Below, piece after piece: positions 1-10,333 of a stretch of DNA of 64,000 nt (the first letter of the stretch is position 1; each line of letters opens with the position of its first letter). A model generated the notes under the pieces. It was not told the origin of the DNA, made no database searches, and saw only the letters and a program-made list of their open reading frames with translations. A program made the position numbers and the translations under genes. The DNA comes from Bacteroidia bacterium (lineage in GTDB: Bacteria > Bacteroidota > Bacteroidia > NS11-12g > UBA9320), in the NCBI GenBank assembly GCA_965216465.1, contig CBDCFW010000006.1:544001-608000 (forward strand). Direction: 5' to 3'.

Positions 1-2
1 AA

Positions 3-170
3 AACAAGACTCATGTAAGTGAGTTCAGATATGGTAAGTTTGAACGTAAGATAATGCTTCCAAAAAACGCCGAATCAAACAAGATTGAAGCGAAATTTGA
101 GAATGGCTTATTACGCGTAGCTGTTCCAAAAAGAGAAGAAGCGAAAGCAAAATCAATTGAAATAAAGTAA
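3..170 (+). CDS. Hsp20/alpha-crystallin small heat-shock protein, 3' fragment (runs off window start)
   Basis: Manual translation from base 3: NKTHVSEFRYGKFERKIMLPKNAESNKIEAKFENGLLRVAVPKREEAKAKSIEIK*. It has the Hsp20 'G.F.R...LP', 'A..ENG.L...vPK' and C-terminal IEI motifs. Missing from the ORF track. Confidence 0.88.
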   Translation, partial: NKTHVSEFRYGKFERKIMLPKNAESNKIEAKFENGLLRVAVPKREEAKAKSIEIK

Positions 171-200
171 GGTTTTTTCATATTAGTTAGTTGGTTTAAG

Positions 201-231
201 AAAAGAGGTTTGCTGGTCAAACCTCTTTTTT
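201..231. terminator. Bidirectional intrinsic terminator
   Basis: AAAAGAGGTTTG-ctggt-CAAACCTCTTTT hairpin with A/T tails between convergent genes. Confidence 0.8.
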
Positions 232-964
232 ATTGAACCAAAACTAAGGTTCCTGTTCCGCGTTGAACGTTAATTTCTTTATAGTCTGTAGGCTCAGCAT
301 AGTGCAGAATATTGCCTGAATTGAAAATTTTAACGAACAGTCCTTTGGTTGGATTGACTTTACAATCTAAAGGGGTATGCGTATCTAACAAAACTTCTTC
401 TACAACCAATTCGCTTGCATCAAGATCTGAAATTTCTTCAATACTCCCCTTAAGCACTCTTGAACTTCCTTTGAGTTGCATATGTGCAGAATTAAGCGAC
501 TTAACTTGAACTATGTTTGAACAATTCAGCGTTAAAGTCATATCCGATAAGGCCGAATGATAGATTGCAATGCTATCCACATGTAATGTGTCTGTATTGA
601 ATACCGTAGCTATGGATTCAAGCTTTATTTCATTTAGCTGATGTACGTATGCCGTAATAATCAATTCATAATTGAAACTTCTTACAAAATTGCATGTATT
701 GGTATTGACAATTCGCAATTGACCATCGACCACATCCGTTTTGATTTGCCCTAAGAGATTCTCCGGACCATATACTTCCAATTCTCCATTCTTTGCACTG
801 TCTTGCACTAGGATAACTTGCATTCGATCTTCTACATAAAGTCTTGTGAATGGTTCAACAGACCGAACCTCGGTATTGTCATCTCCTAGCGAGGTAATGC
901 AATCATCACGCTGCTCTTTCGAGCATGCAGCTATGAAAAATACTATGACAATCCAATACTTCAT
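230..964 (-). CDS. DUF2807 / head GIN-domain lipoprotein
   Basis: Lipobox IAAC; 'R.V.PF..l.V', 'G.ENLl..I.t.V.dG.L.i.N.N.CN.vR' and 'lDA..L' patterns. Confidence 0.75.
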   Translation of the reverse strand: MKYWIVIVFFIAACSKEQRDDCITSLGDDNTEVRSVEPFTRLYVEDRMQVILVQDSAKNGELEVYGPENLLGQIKTDVVDGQLRIVNTNTCNFVRSFNYELIITAYVHQLNEIKLESIATVFNTDTLHVDSIAIYHSALSDMTLTLNCSNIVQVKSLNSAHMQLKGSSRVLKGSIEEISDLDASELVVEEVLLDTHTPLDCKVNPTKGLFVKIFNSGNILHYAEPTDYKEINVQRGTGTLVLVQ

Positions 965-2037
965 TTTTTTACTAAATAGGTTAAACCCATCTCAAAGTAG
1001 TCAGCCACACCTCTATGAAACTTCAATGCGCCTTGCAGTTTAAATCGTTCTGACATGTTATAAATAACGCCCATGCGCTGATAAAAAGGGTCTTTTAATG
1101 TGCTTGGTTTATACACGTATGCTCCAAGTTCGCCATAGGCTCCTACCTTACCGAAATTCCACTCGTAGCCTGCTGCTAAGCCAAGCTCAAGTTGGTCACC
1201 AAAACTTACTGAATCAAGTGGAAATATTGGATTCTCTGTGTACTTATAGGTTTTATCTAATGTTGCATCTAAACCACCTCGAATAGCACTAACAGCTGAA
1301 ACAGCCCTCAGTGCCTTTACTTGAACTCCTTTGTGATAAAAATCAACTGGATTTGCAAAGTTTCGCTGCTTCTTACCGTAAATAGCTGTTGCTGCTATTC
1401 TCCATTGTTGAAGAGCCATTTCAGAGGATTCAGACTTAAACTGCTCACCATTTCCTTCTAAACCATAACGTAAAAAAAGTGCAGGCATGTTGTAGCCAAG
1501 ATTAGGCATTTTATACGCCGCGTTAGAATAGTGCGATATCCCAATTCCATATTCAATATAACTGTTCCATTTTTCGATTGGCCTATTAAGAAGAAGTGAG
1601 AATTGCATACTTCCGTTAAGACCACTTCCTATTGCCTGATTTCGTCTGTTCTCATATGGATCAAAATATTCGGTTAAATACCCTAACCCGGCACCCATTC
1701 TGAAATAACCAGAAGTCTTTGCAACGTTAAATACATTGAACTTGGCATGCATAAATGCCCCATATCCACTGCCTGTGATTTCATTTCCAATGTTGTAGTA
1801 CAAAAAGCTATAGCCAATAATCGGTTTGCGGTAATGTTGACCCCATGAGGTGCTTGACGCATCGCGTTCATAGGCTAACTCTAAACCAAAATTATGAGCA
1901 GCTAAATGTTTGATATCGGCACGATGTGCCAGCAGAAATCCAGGGGTATATCCAACAGCAAAATAGTTAGCCCTGTTTTGGGCAAATGACCAGCAAAAGC
2001 ACATGGTCAAGCATAATAATGCTGTTAGTCGATTCAT
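961..2037 (-). CDS. Outer-membrane beta-barrel of the acyloxyacyl hydrolase (PagL-like deacylase) family
   Basis: Signal peptide, amphipathic beta strands, 'N.AIGS..N' and 'HYSN..YKMPNLGYN' motifs. Confidence 0.7.
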   Translation of the reverse strand: MNRLTALLCLTMCFCWSFAQNRANYFAVGYTPGFLLAHRADIKHLAAHNFGLELAYERDASSTSWGQHYRKPIIGYSFLYYNIGNEITGSGYGAFMHAKFNVFNVAKTSGYFRMGAGLGYLTEYFDPYENRRNQAIGSGLNGSMQFSLLLNRPIEKWNSYIEYGIGISHYSNAAYKMPNLGYNMPALFLRYGLEGNGEQFKSESSEMALQQWRIAATAIYGKKQRNFANPVDFYHKGVQVKALRAVSAVSAIRGGLDATLDKTYKYTENPIFPLDSVSFGDQLELGLAAGYEWNFGKVGAYGELGAYVYKPSTLKDPFYQRMGVIYNMSERFKLQGALKFHRGVADYFEMGLTYLVKK

Positions 2038-2046
2038 TTTTTGTAA

Positions 2047-3831
2047 TTATTGCCATCGTCTCCTTCTGTACAATGCGTTCAGAAGTCCAAATAGAATTAC
2101 AGCTAATATAGGAAGAACCATATTAATCGTTTGCCACTTAATTCTTTCCCGTTTGATTCGGTTTTTGTCGAGCAGTCGTAAAATAACTTCTCTATTTCTT
2201 ACTTCGATTAAGTTGCTTTCATCACATAGAAAATCTACGCAGTTTAAAAAGAATTTCTTGTTTGCAAACTCAACTGGGGCACCAAAATTTTGAGTGGCAT
2301 AGCGATCATAACCTAAAGGATAGATTCTGCTTCCATCACTTGAAATCTGGTTACGAATCAAATCACCATCACCAATAACAATCATGCTGTTATTGTCAAT
2401 TTGGCTTTTATAATCGAGGTCAAAAGCTCGCTTTACCCCTTCTCGATGTCTAAAAGGACTTGCGAAACTTCCTTCAACCAAAACGGCTGAAATCTGTCCT
2501 CCTTTATTAAAGTTTCGCGGATCAGGTCGAACCTTGAGTAAATCAAGTGAGATCATAACAGGATTATGAGCAACTCTTGAGTTTGCAGATGATTTAAGCA
2601 AAACAGTCTTTTTAAGTGTCTGTCTGGCCGTAGTGTCCATCGTGCTACAATACTGGCCCCAAACATTTTCAAGGTTTCTTGTTATTGGATTATCATCAGC
2701 TGGGTTATATAGTGGATAGAAAACCCATGGCCAAAACCCAGTTCTATTGGTTTGTTGGTTTATTGCTGGGATACCATGGCATTGTAAGTCTTGAACTAGG
2801 GTAGGTTGAACTTTTACTCCATAGTGAAAAAGCAAGTCGTCCAAGTTATGTTCGTGATTGGCCGTCATAACCCGACCGTATTTGGCCACGGAATCCATCT
2901 CCGCTACCAGGCTCTCAACCAAGAAAATAACCTTTCCACCATTCATTACATATTGGTCGATTACAAACTTCTCAGGTTCAGTAAACTTGGTAATCGGTTT
3001 GGCAATGATTAGCCCAGAATAGTCTTTCAGTCTTCTGATAAGCGATTCAACAAATACGCTTACCACAGGTCTATCTGGATTGGCAGCTACCTCTTTAGTG
3101 AACATCTTGTAACAGTTAGAATCGGTTAGATTAATGTTAATCCGTTCAACTTCGTAAAACTCACTTAAGGCATTGGCAATATCTGCAGTTTCCTCTATGC
3201 CCAACTCGCCATGACCATCGGTAAAGGCCAATTTTAAACTTCTTCCGGCAACTCCTTTTCTTAACACATTACCAATTTCGTATTCGAGCAGTTCGATAGA
3301 CCCATTGATTTCTTGTTCCAATGGGCTTCCAAATTCCCTTTTAAGCAAGTTTAGAGGATATTCTACGCCTTTGTAAAACACAACCCCAGCAGGGATAATA
3401 TACTTGCCTGTTGGAGCTTCATCAGGCTTTAAATCTGGCTGCTCAATTTTAAGTCCTTTTTGATAGAGCTCTTGAAGGATTTTTTCTTTCTCTTTCGTCT
3501 CCTTGTCGCCTAATAGGTCTTCAAACTCAAAGTTGATTAGCCCATCTGACTCCAGACTGAACTCATTAAGCATATCACGCGTTGATGACTTCAAGCGTTT
3601 ATAGTCGAGAGGCAGGTCTCCATCAAGGTAAATTGTAAAGTATACTTCTTCATCGATTTTACCAATCAGATTCTTAGTGGATTCAGAGAGCGTATATCTC
3701 CCCTCTTTCGTAAGGTCGAATCGCTTATAGAACGAGTCTGAAATAATATTAACCAAAACAATGGCTGCAAAAGCAATAATTGCTTTTCCTATAATCTGAG
3801 ATCGTTTTTTGTTATTCTTGGTCTTGCTCAT
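2047..3831 (-). CDS. gldG: Gliding motility ABC transporter auxiliary protein GldG
   Basis: 'RFDLTKEGRYTLS', 'GHGEL', 'IDQYVMNGGK', 'PLGYD' motifs; N- and C-terminal TM helices; follows gldF. Confidence 0.92.
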   Translation of the reverse strand: MSKTKNNKKRSQIIGKAIIAFAAIVLVNIISDSFYKRFDLTKEGRYTLSESTKNLIGKIDEEVYFTIYLDGDLPLDYKRLKSSTRDMLNEFSLESDGLINFEFEDLLGDKETKEKEKILQELYQKGLKIEQPDLKPDEAPTGKYIIPAGVVFYKGVEYPLNLLKREFGSPLEQEINGSIELLEYEIGNVLRKGVAGRSLKLAFTDGHGELGIEETADIANALSEFYEVERININLTDSNCYKMFTKEVAANPDRPVVSVFVESLIRRLKDYSGLIIAKPITKFTEPEKFVIDQYVMNGGKVIFLVESLVAEMDSVAKYGRVMTANHEHNLDDLLFHYGVKVQPTLVQDLQCHGIPAINQQTNRTGFWPWVFYPLYNPADDNPITRNLENVWGQYCSTMDTTARQTLKKTVLLKSSANSRVAHNPVMISLDLLKVRPDPRNFNKGGQISAVLVEGSFASPFRHREGVKRAFDLDYKSQIDNNSMIVIGDGDLIRNQISSDGSRIYPLGYDRYATQNFGAPVEFANKKFFLNCVDFLCDESNLIEVRNREVILRLLDKNRIKRERIKWQTINMVLPILAVILFGLLNALYRRRRWQ

Positions 3832-4553
3832 TTTCTTCCTTCAAGCTTTAAATGAGTTAAACCTAAAAAAACTGTATTCACCGATACGAAGTAGATAATG
3901 TCTCGTGTATCAAGCACTCCTCTACTGATAGAATCGTAGTGGTATTGAATTCCTATCCATTGCACTAAATGGTCGAAGCTTCCAAAGAGTGACAAATTGC
4001 TAAGTTGTTGAAAACCAACATAAAAGAAGAAGCAGAGGAACATTCCTAAGATAAAAGCTACAATCTGATTTGGTGTTGCAGCTGAAGCAAACAATCCAAT
4101 GGAAGCGTAACAGCTTCCCAATAAAATCAAACCGATATAGCTTCCCCAGGTGGCACCGATATCGATGTTACCTTTAGGCAGACCTAGCTGATAAATTGAA
4201 TAGAAATAAATCAACGTTGGGACCACAGCAAATAAGACCAAACAAACAGCGGCTAAGTACTTTCCAAGAATTATCTGAAATGGACTTATGGGTTTGGTTG
4301 AAAGTATTTCGAACGTACCTTGCTTAATTTCTTCTGAAAAAGAACGCATAGTAATCGCGGATATTAAGAATATAAATATCCAGGGAGCCATTCCAAACAG
4401 TGTATCGAGGTTAGCATAGCCCAGAGTCAATACATTTCCGTCGGCAAACACCCATGTAAATAATCCAATAAAAAGCAGGAACACCATGATTACAACATAG
4501 GCAATCAATGAACTCAAAAAGCTCCGTATTTCCTTTAAAAATATGCTATACAT
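3828..4553 (-). CDS. gldF: Gliding motility ABC transporter permease GldF
   Basis: 'KEIRSFLSSLIAY', 'TMRSFSEE...GT.E.L.TKP', 'HYDSISRGVLDTRD'. Confidence 0.93.
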   Translation of the reverse strand: MYSIFLKEIRSFLSSLIAYVVIMVFLLFIGLFTWVFADGNVLTLGYANLDTLFGMAPWIFIFLISAITMRSFSEEIKQGTFEILSTKPISPFQIILGKYLAAVCLVLFAVVPTLIYFYSIYQLGLPKGNIDIGATWGSYIGLILLGSCYASIGLFASAATPNQIVAFILGMFLCFFFYVGFQQLSNLSLFGSFDHLVQWIGIQYHYDSISRGVLDTRDIIYFVSVNTVFLGLTHLKLEGRK

Positions 4554-5460
4554 TCTTTGTTAACTGCTGGAAAATTGATTCTAAACTTTCCAATTGTTCT
4601 TTTTGTTCTACAATGATTGTTTTGTTTTCAATCGCAAATTGAAATAATGCGGCTGGAAGATCGATTTCTGCATTTGCGGTTACTCTGAAATGAATATCGC
4701 TAAGCTCATTAACGGAGCTAACTCCACTAATAGCTTTCAATTTATTTGCATCGATATTGTCGCGGAATTTAACTTCAACTGTTTTGCCTTCCTTGTGCAT
4801 TTTCTGCTTAATCGTTTCAACTTGATCATCGGCAACAATTTTTCCGTGGTTAATGATGATAACCCGATTGCACATCGCCTCAACTTCCTGCATAATATGC
4901 GAAGACAATAAGATGGTCTTATCCTTCCCGAGATCAATAATCAGCTGCCTGATCTCTTGCATTTGATTTGGGTCTAAACCGGATGTAGGTTCATCTAAAA
5001 TCAATACCTCTGGATTATTCAGCAACGCTTGAGCTAGCCCAACACGTTGCTTATATCCTTTAGACAACTGGCCTATTTTCTTTTTGCGTTCAAGTGTTAA
5101 GCCTGTAGTTTCAATTACCCGATTAACAGCAGCCTTACGGTCTTTTATGTTGTAAATCCTGGCATTAAAATCGAGATATTCCGTAACATACATATCGGTA
5201 TATAACGGGTTAAGTTCTGGAAGATATCCAATTCTTTTTTTGATTGACAAGCCTTCAGCCTCAACATCCATATTAAGCACTTTGGCCTTACCGGAAGAAG
5301 CTTGAATGTAGCCACTCAATATTTTCATAGTAGTACTCTTACCCGCTCCATTTGGGCCTAAAAATCCAACAATCTCTCCGGGCTCAATACTAAAAGAAAT
5401 AGCATCGATAGCCTTTTGTTCGCCGTATATTTTGGTAAGATTATCTACTAAGATCGACAT
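4546..5460 (-). CDS. gldA: Gliding motility ABC transporter ATP-binding subunit GldA
   Basis: Walker A GPNGAGKST, signature LSKGYKQRVG, Walker B ILDEPT; directly upstream of gldF. Confidence 0.9.
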   Translation of the reverse strand: MSILVDNLTKIYGEQKAIDAISFSIEPGEIVGFLGPNGAGKSTTMKILSGYIQASSGKAKVLNMDVEAEGLSIKKRIGYLPELNPLYTDMYVTEYLDFNARIYNIKDRKAAVNRVIETTGLTLERKKKIGQLSKGYKQRVGLAQALLNNPEVLILDEPTSGLDPNQMQEIRQLIIDLGKDKTILLSSHIMQEVEAMCNRVIIINHGKIVADDQVETIKQKMHKEGKTVEVKFRDNIDANKLKAISGVSSVNELSDIHFRVTANAEIDLPAALFQFAIENKTIIVEQKEQLESLESIFQQLTKNV

Positions 5461-8340
5461 CTAGTCTATCATAACTTTGAAGTTCAACGAATTATTGTCG
5501 GCAGTTAAGGTTAAATAATATAGCCCTTCTGGCAATTCTGAAACGTTGATTTCTATATGGTTGCTTTTGGCGATGGTTGAGTACACCATTTTACCTTCTA
5601 CATTGAACAATTCAACACGGCTATTAACAATGTTACCTTCGGTTGAAATGTTTAAGAAATCTGTAGCTGGATTTGGATATAGTGTATAGCTCACGCCATT
5701 CAAATAAACAATGCTATTTGGTTTCAATCTTACCATAACGGTATCAGAATCTGTACAACCATTATCGTCAGTAACCGTTACATGGTATGAACCTGAATCG
5801 GTAACTGTGATGCTAGATGTAGTTGCACCTGTACTCCAGTCATAATCGGCATAGCCAGTTCCTGGGGTAAGTTCAATACTTTTACCATCGATCACTGCAG
5901 TATCAGGACCTAAGGTTATTGATGGAGAAGTAAACTCGTCAATGTGAATTGTATCGGTGTATGAACAGTCATCACTGTTAGTAACCGTTAAATAGTAAGT
6001 ACCTGGACCTGTTGCATTAAACGTTTCGTTTGAAGAGCCATTGTGCCATAAATAATCATCCATATTGGCTGGACCTTGCAATTGAACATTAACTTCATCG
6101 CAGTAACCCGTATCGTTTCCTAAACTGAACTCTGGCGCAGCAATTTGGGTAACGGTTATGGTATCAAAAGCTGGACAATCGAAACTGTTGTAAGCCTCTA
6201 ACCAATAAGTACCTCCTTCGCTAACTGTTAAGCTAGCACTTGAAGATGCTGTATCGTTCCATTTGTAGTCGCTTAATGAGGTAGGACCAAAAATAGTAAT
6301 GTCTGTTCCTTCGCAGAATGAGGTATCGTTTCCAAGATCTATAGTAGATGCTGGATTCGTCAAAATCTGAATTTGATCTGAGTATTTACAACCGAATGCG
6401 TCTGTAACCTCTAGTGTATGAATTCTAGATTCGCTCGTAATCAAGAATCGGTCACCGCTATCTACCCCATTCCATTTGTAGTTAACTCCACCAAATGGGC
6501 CAAAGAGTGTGATGCTCAAGTTTTCACAAATGGTAGTGTCTTCTCCTAAATCAAACGTCGGAAGCTCTCTTATTTCAACACCAATAGTATCCGTATACAG
6601 ACATGAATTAGCATCAATCATGCTTAGAACTAACGTATCTGCAATTCTCAACTTAATGGACTGCGTGTTGTACAATGTTTTTCCCTGCCATGTATATGAG
6701 TTCATTCCACTTACGGCTGTAAGAATAACACTGTCTTTTTCACAAAAGAATGTATCTGCAAGAGGTGCAATAGTTTGTCGAGCATTTACTTTAACATACA
6801 CCTCAGCTGAATCTGTAGTACAAGCACCGTCAGAAGAACTTACAAATAATTTGTAAGTCGTCGAAGAAGTTGGAGAAACCGTTGGGTTTGCGCTTGAAGA
6901 TGTCCAAGATGATCCTTCTGCGGACCATGTATACGTATATCCGCTAATGGCAGATCTACCAATTCTTAATTCGTCGTTAGTACAAATCACAAATGAATCA
7001 CCTGCAACACGTGCTTCTAGTTTACAACAGAAAGTTGTGTCGTCGTTTGTATTTGAACTTCTGGTGAAAATTGCATTCCCTGTGCCTCCAACACTTCCTG
7101 AATTCATGTAAGCGTTACTAGACAAGTTTAATACTCCATTTAAAATATTGTCTTGAAGTCCAATACAAGTATTACTTAGATTATCATCCACCTTAGTCAA
7201 GAATAAGTCTTCGTTGTTGTTGCTCATCGGTGACTCACCTGAACCGAAGACAGATAATCCAATCGAGTTCACATAGCTAACTGCAGCTTGGCTTCGTCCA
7301 TCGGCTCCAAAACCACCATAGGTATTAGATGCAGTGATTCCTCCACCAGAAAATGTCTGAACCAAAATTACATCCCGAACTGAGATTGCAGCTTGTCCAG
7401 TAAAAATCAGCGACATTGTTCCATCGCTTTGGTAGTCAACATCATAAACGCTATCTGCACCAAAAGTTCCGAACCATTCTGCGTTGTCAATAGCTAACGT
7501 TGTGTCGAGAACTGCAAGAAATGCATCGTAGCCTGTACCGGTTCCACCTTCTGTATTACCTGCGATAAGGTAATCGCCATCATTTGTGAAATCGATCGCC
7601 CTGGCTAAATCATTGCTTGTAGTTCCAAAGTTTTTATGCTTAAGTACTGCACCTCCTGTGTTGGTTACAATAACTTGTGCATCCATATCGCCAGTAGAGC
7701 CAATATTTACAGAATCGTAATCGGTGCTACCAACAATTACGATATTTCCTTTTTTATCTTCGCCAAGTGCGTATCCTTGTTCGTTACCTGCACCTCCATA
7801 GGTCTTAACCCATGAAAAACTTCCTGTCGAGCTTAATCGAGCTAAGAAAATATTGTTGTTGAAACTATCAAGGTCAATAGTTCCTACCATATAAATATCT
7901 CCATTACGTGCTTCAATTGCGTCATAAGCGCATTCTGTACTATCGGAGCGAATTGATTTCGTCCATTGCACGGTTCCAGAACCGTTAATTTTCATTAGAA
8001 AAGCATCAACGCCTGTGTTTCCAAAGCCTGCTGACTTTCCCGCTACAAGTGCTCCTCCATCGAATGTTGGATTGATCTTGTAGGCAATATCGTCAACACC
8101 GGTACCATAGGTGTATGACCAAGTCACATCTCCAAGACCATTGGTTCTTGTAATTTGAACATCCAATCCACCTTGGCCAAAACTATTGGTGGTAGAAAGT
8201 AAAAAATAGTCTCCGTTTGAGGCTTGAAACATTGACCTAGCTTGGTCGGTTGAATCATCCTTCATTACTCGTGTGAACTCAGTTTGAGCAAATGACGAAA
8301 TAGCAAAAAGCAAAAGAAAAGAAAGCGATAGTTTTTTCAT
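5461..8340 (-). CDS. Secreted T9SS type A sorting-domain protein with N-terminal beta-propeller-like repeats and tandem Ig-like spacer repeats
   Basis: Signal peptide; repeated 'W..TyGg...d.a..i' units; repeated 'LG.DT..C' / 'Y.W' / 'V.D..GC...DT' units; C-terminal 'LYPNPA...G.Y...K' CTD. Confidence 0.85.
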   Translation of the reverse strand: MKKLSLSFLLLFAISSFAQTEFTRVMKDDSTDQARSMFQASNGDYFLLSTTNSFGQGGLDVQITRTNGLGDVTWSYTYGTGVDDIAYKINPTFDGGALVAGKSAGFGNTGVDAFLMKINGSGTVQWTKSIRSDSTECAYDAIEARNGDIYMVGTIDLDSFNNNIFLARLSSTGSFSWVKTYGGAGNEQGYALGEDKKGNIVIVGSTDYDSVNIGSTGDMDAQVIVTNTGGAVLKHKNFGTTSNDLARAIDFTNDGDYLIAGNTEGGTGTGYDAFLAVLDTTLAIDNAEWFGTFGADSVYDVDYQSDGTMSLIFTGQAAISVRDVILVQTFSGGGITASNTYGGFGADGRSQAAVSYVNSIGLSVFGSGESPMSNNNEDLFLTKVDDNLSNTCIGLQDNILNGVLNLSSNAYMNSGSVGGTGNAIFTRSSNTNDDTTFCCKLEARVAGDSFVICTNDELRIGRSAISGYTYTWSAEGSSWTSSSANPTVSPTSSTTYKLFVSSSDGACTTDSAEVYVKVNARQTIAPLADTFFCEKDSVILTAVSGMNSYTWQGKTLYNTQSIKLRIADTLVLSMIDANSCLYTDTIGVEIRELPTFDLGEDTTICENLSITLFGPFGGVNYKWNGVDSGDRFLITSESRIHTLEVTDAFGCKYSDQIQILTNPASTIDLGNDTSFCEGTDITIFGPTSLSDYKWNDTASSSASLTVSEGGTYWLEAYNSFDCPAFDTITVTQIAAPEFSLGNDTGYCDEVNVQLQGPANMDDYLWHNGSSNETFNATGPGTYYLTVTNSDDCSYTDTIHIDEFTSPSITLGPDTAVIDGKSIELTPGTGYADYDWSTGATTSSITVTDSGSYHVTVTDDNGCTDSDTVMVRLKPNSIVYLNGVSYTLYPNPATDFLNISTEGNIVNSRVELFNVEGKMVYSTIAKSNHIEINVSELPEGLYYLTLTADNNSLNFKVMID

Positions 8341-8378
8341 GTAGTAACTGATTTAAAATCGTCGCAAAATAGCCCTTT

Positions 8379-8948
8379 TTACGAACTTTGATGCCATCTT
8401 TTGGCAACTTTAACCGAATAGGCTAAAAAATCTTTGAAGCCTGAATTAAATGCTTCGTTTGATAATAGGTTTCCATCGTGGTCGATGCACTGTGAAATCT
8501 CTTGTACTTCAAAGGTCTTTGGGCTCGTAATACTATCGAGATTGAAGTAGTTAAATATCTTATTAAAAACATAGCCAAGCTGTACCGCTGGCATTCTTCC
8601 ACCTCTTCCAGAACTCACCCCAATATTTGCAACAACTAAGTTGTTAAAAATGGATGAATATCTGTCGTTGGCCAATTGATGAACCATGTTTATAACCTCT
8701 GAAGTTGGAAACCAATTGTATTCTGGAGTAAGCACAAAAAGCAAGTCGCAATTATCAATTGCATCAACCAATTGTTTCTGAAATGAGGTTTCTTCGCCTC
8801 TAACCAATGACCCTTCTGCAAATGAAGGAAGATCGTAGTTTTGAAAATCGACTAGCACCGAATTCTCAACCAACTTATTGATGGCCTTTGCCGCTTTCAC
8901 GGTATTGTTATTCTTTCGTGCTGAACCCGATATTATCGCTACTTTCAT
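8379..8948 (-). CDS. NADPH-dependent FMN reductase family protein
   Basis: 'IISGSAR', 'TPEYN', 'SSGRGG' flavodoxin-like motifs. Confidence 0.85.
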   Translation of the reverse strand: MKVAIISGSARKNNNTVKAAKAINKLVENSVLVDFQNYDLPSFAEGSLVRGEETSFQKQLVDAIDNCDLLFVLTPEYNWFPTSEVINMVHQLANDRYSSIFNNLVVANIGVSSGRGGRMPAVQLGYVFNKIFNYFNLDSITSPKTFEVQEISQCIDHDGNLLSNEAFNSGFKDFLAYSVKVAKRWHQSS

Positions 8949-9475
8949 TGTTGCTTAATCATTTTTGCAATTTCTGTTACGGTCCTAAAATTTCTTCCAA
9001 AATCAATAAACCATAATGTTGTAAATGGTTGACTTTCTACAACATACACATCTCCATCATGGCTTATTGTGATGTCGTCAGGCTTCATTAAATGAACCAA
9101 TTTTTTGGCTCCAATAGAGCGACTACCAACCACAATTTCTTTATATCTTTTGTTTTGTTGGAGTTTCGCTCCCAGATCTTCTAAGGAAATATCTCCTTTT
9201 ATAAATACCTTTTGCTTCGACTTCATGTAATTTTCGTTCGGTGCTTTTCCTGCAAGTTCAAAACTTACAGCGTGATACATCGAAACCAAAAAACCAATCG
9301 CAAACGAGACAAATAGGGCTACGTCAATATTGTTTTGTATAAATGTAAAACCATACTTCCATCCATCTTCTTTAGAAATCACAATTACAAGTGCTACAGG
9401 AAGCACCAAAAGCGACACCCTTAAGATGTATGTTAAAATCACTAGAAGCTTGAATAAAAATTGCTGAATATTCAT
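8945..9475 (-). CDS. Hypothetical membrane protein (2 N-terminal TM helices)
   Basis: 176 aa ORF tightly coupled within the operon (4-nt overlap); two hydrophobic stretches. Confidence 0.65.
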   Translation of the reverse strand: MNIQQFLFKLLVILTYILRVSLLVLPVALVIVISKEDGWKYGFTFIQNNIDVALFVSFAIGFLVSMYHAVSFELAGKAPNENYMKSKQKVFIKGDISLEDLGAKLQQNKRYKEIVVGSRSIGAKKLVHLMKPDDITISHDGDVYVVESQPFTTLWFIDFGRNFRTVTEIAKMIKQQ

Positions 9476-9478
9476 AAT

Positions 9479-10333
9479 TTATTTCATGATCTTAGCTAAA
9501 ACCGCATAGGCTGCTTCGAGGTTGTAATCCGCAAGCAGCGTTTTAGCTTTATCTAAAGTTAATTCTACATTTCCTAACTTATCTATCTCTTTATCTACCA
9601 TTTCCGAAGATGGTAATTCGAGCATGTTTCCTAATTTACCGAGATCATTGCCCGTAAGTTGGTCACTTAATCGTATAAACTCAGGAAGACGGTCAACACC
9701 AATTCCTTGCGTGGTTATTGGCTTATCGATTTCGAACATAGATGCACCATTTGCACGGCTGTACCAGTTTCCTCCCATACGAGCAACCAGGTCAATTTTG
9801 GTTTGATCTATTCGGCCGTTCTCATCCAGAAGGGCTTCTCTCACATGAATGCGTTGTACTTCACAGATAACTAAATTTCCTGCGGCTCCGCCATCTCCAA
9901 GTGATTTTACCTCAAGCACCTTGCATTCAAACTGCACTGGAGATTCTTTAACTCTTAATGGCTTTATGGTTTCGGAGGCAATGCCGGTAAATCCAGCCTT
10001 TTCAAACTCATTTACTCCCTTAGGATATGGTGAACTGGCTAAGCTCATTTGGTGTACCATATCGTAGGTAACTACATTAATCACCACCTCTGGTACTTCG
10101 AGCACATTGTCTAAGGTATTTTTGGTTTCGAGTGTTCTTCCACTTCTAGCCGGTGAAAATATCATTACCGGAGGGTTTGAGCTAAACACATTAAAGAAGC
10201 TAAAAGGAGCCAAGTTGGGATTCCCATCTTTATCTATCGTACTAGCAAAAGCAATTGGACGCGGACCGACTCCACCAAGCATATAATGATGGCGAACCGG
10301 AATGGTCAATTCTTTTGGATCAATGGATAACAT
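9479..10333 (-). CDS. Flavin reductase family protein
   Basis: 'PRPIAFAST', 'NLAPFSFFN', 'ESPVQFEC', 'RMGGNWY'. Confidence 0.88.
   Translation of the reverse strand: MLSIDPKELTIPVRHHYMLGGVGPRPIAFASTIDKDGNPNLAPFSFFNVFSSNPPVMIFSPARSGRTLETKNTLDNVLEVPEVVINVVTYDMVHQMSLASSPYPKGVNEFEKAGFTGIASETIKPLRVKESPVQFECKVLEVKSLGDGGAAGNLVICEVQRIHVREALLDENGRIDQTKIDLVARMGGNWYSRANGASMFEIDKPITTQGIGVDRLPEFIRLSDQLTGNDLGKLGNMLELPSSEMVDKEIDKLGNVELTLDKAKTLLADYNLEAAYAVLAKIMK

Noticed and set aside
11-220. 69-aa minus-strand ORF in the track
   Set aside because: It is the antisense shadow of the Hsp20 3' end and its terminator
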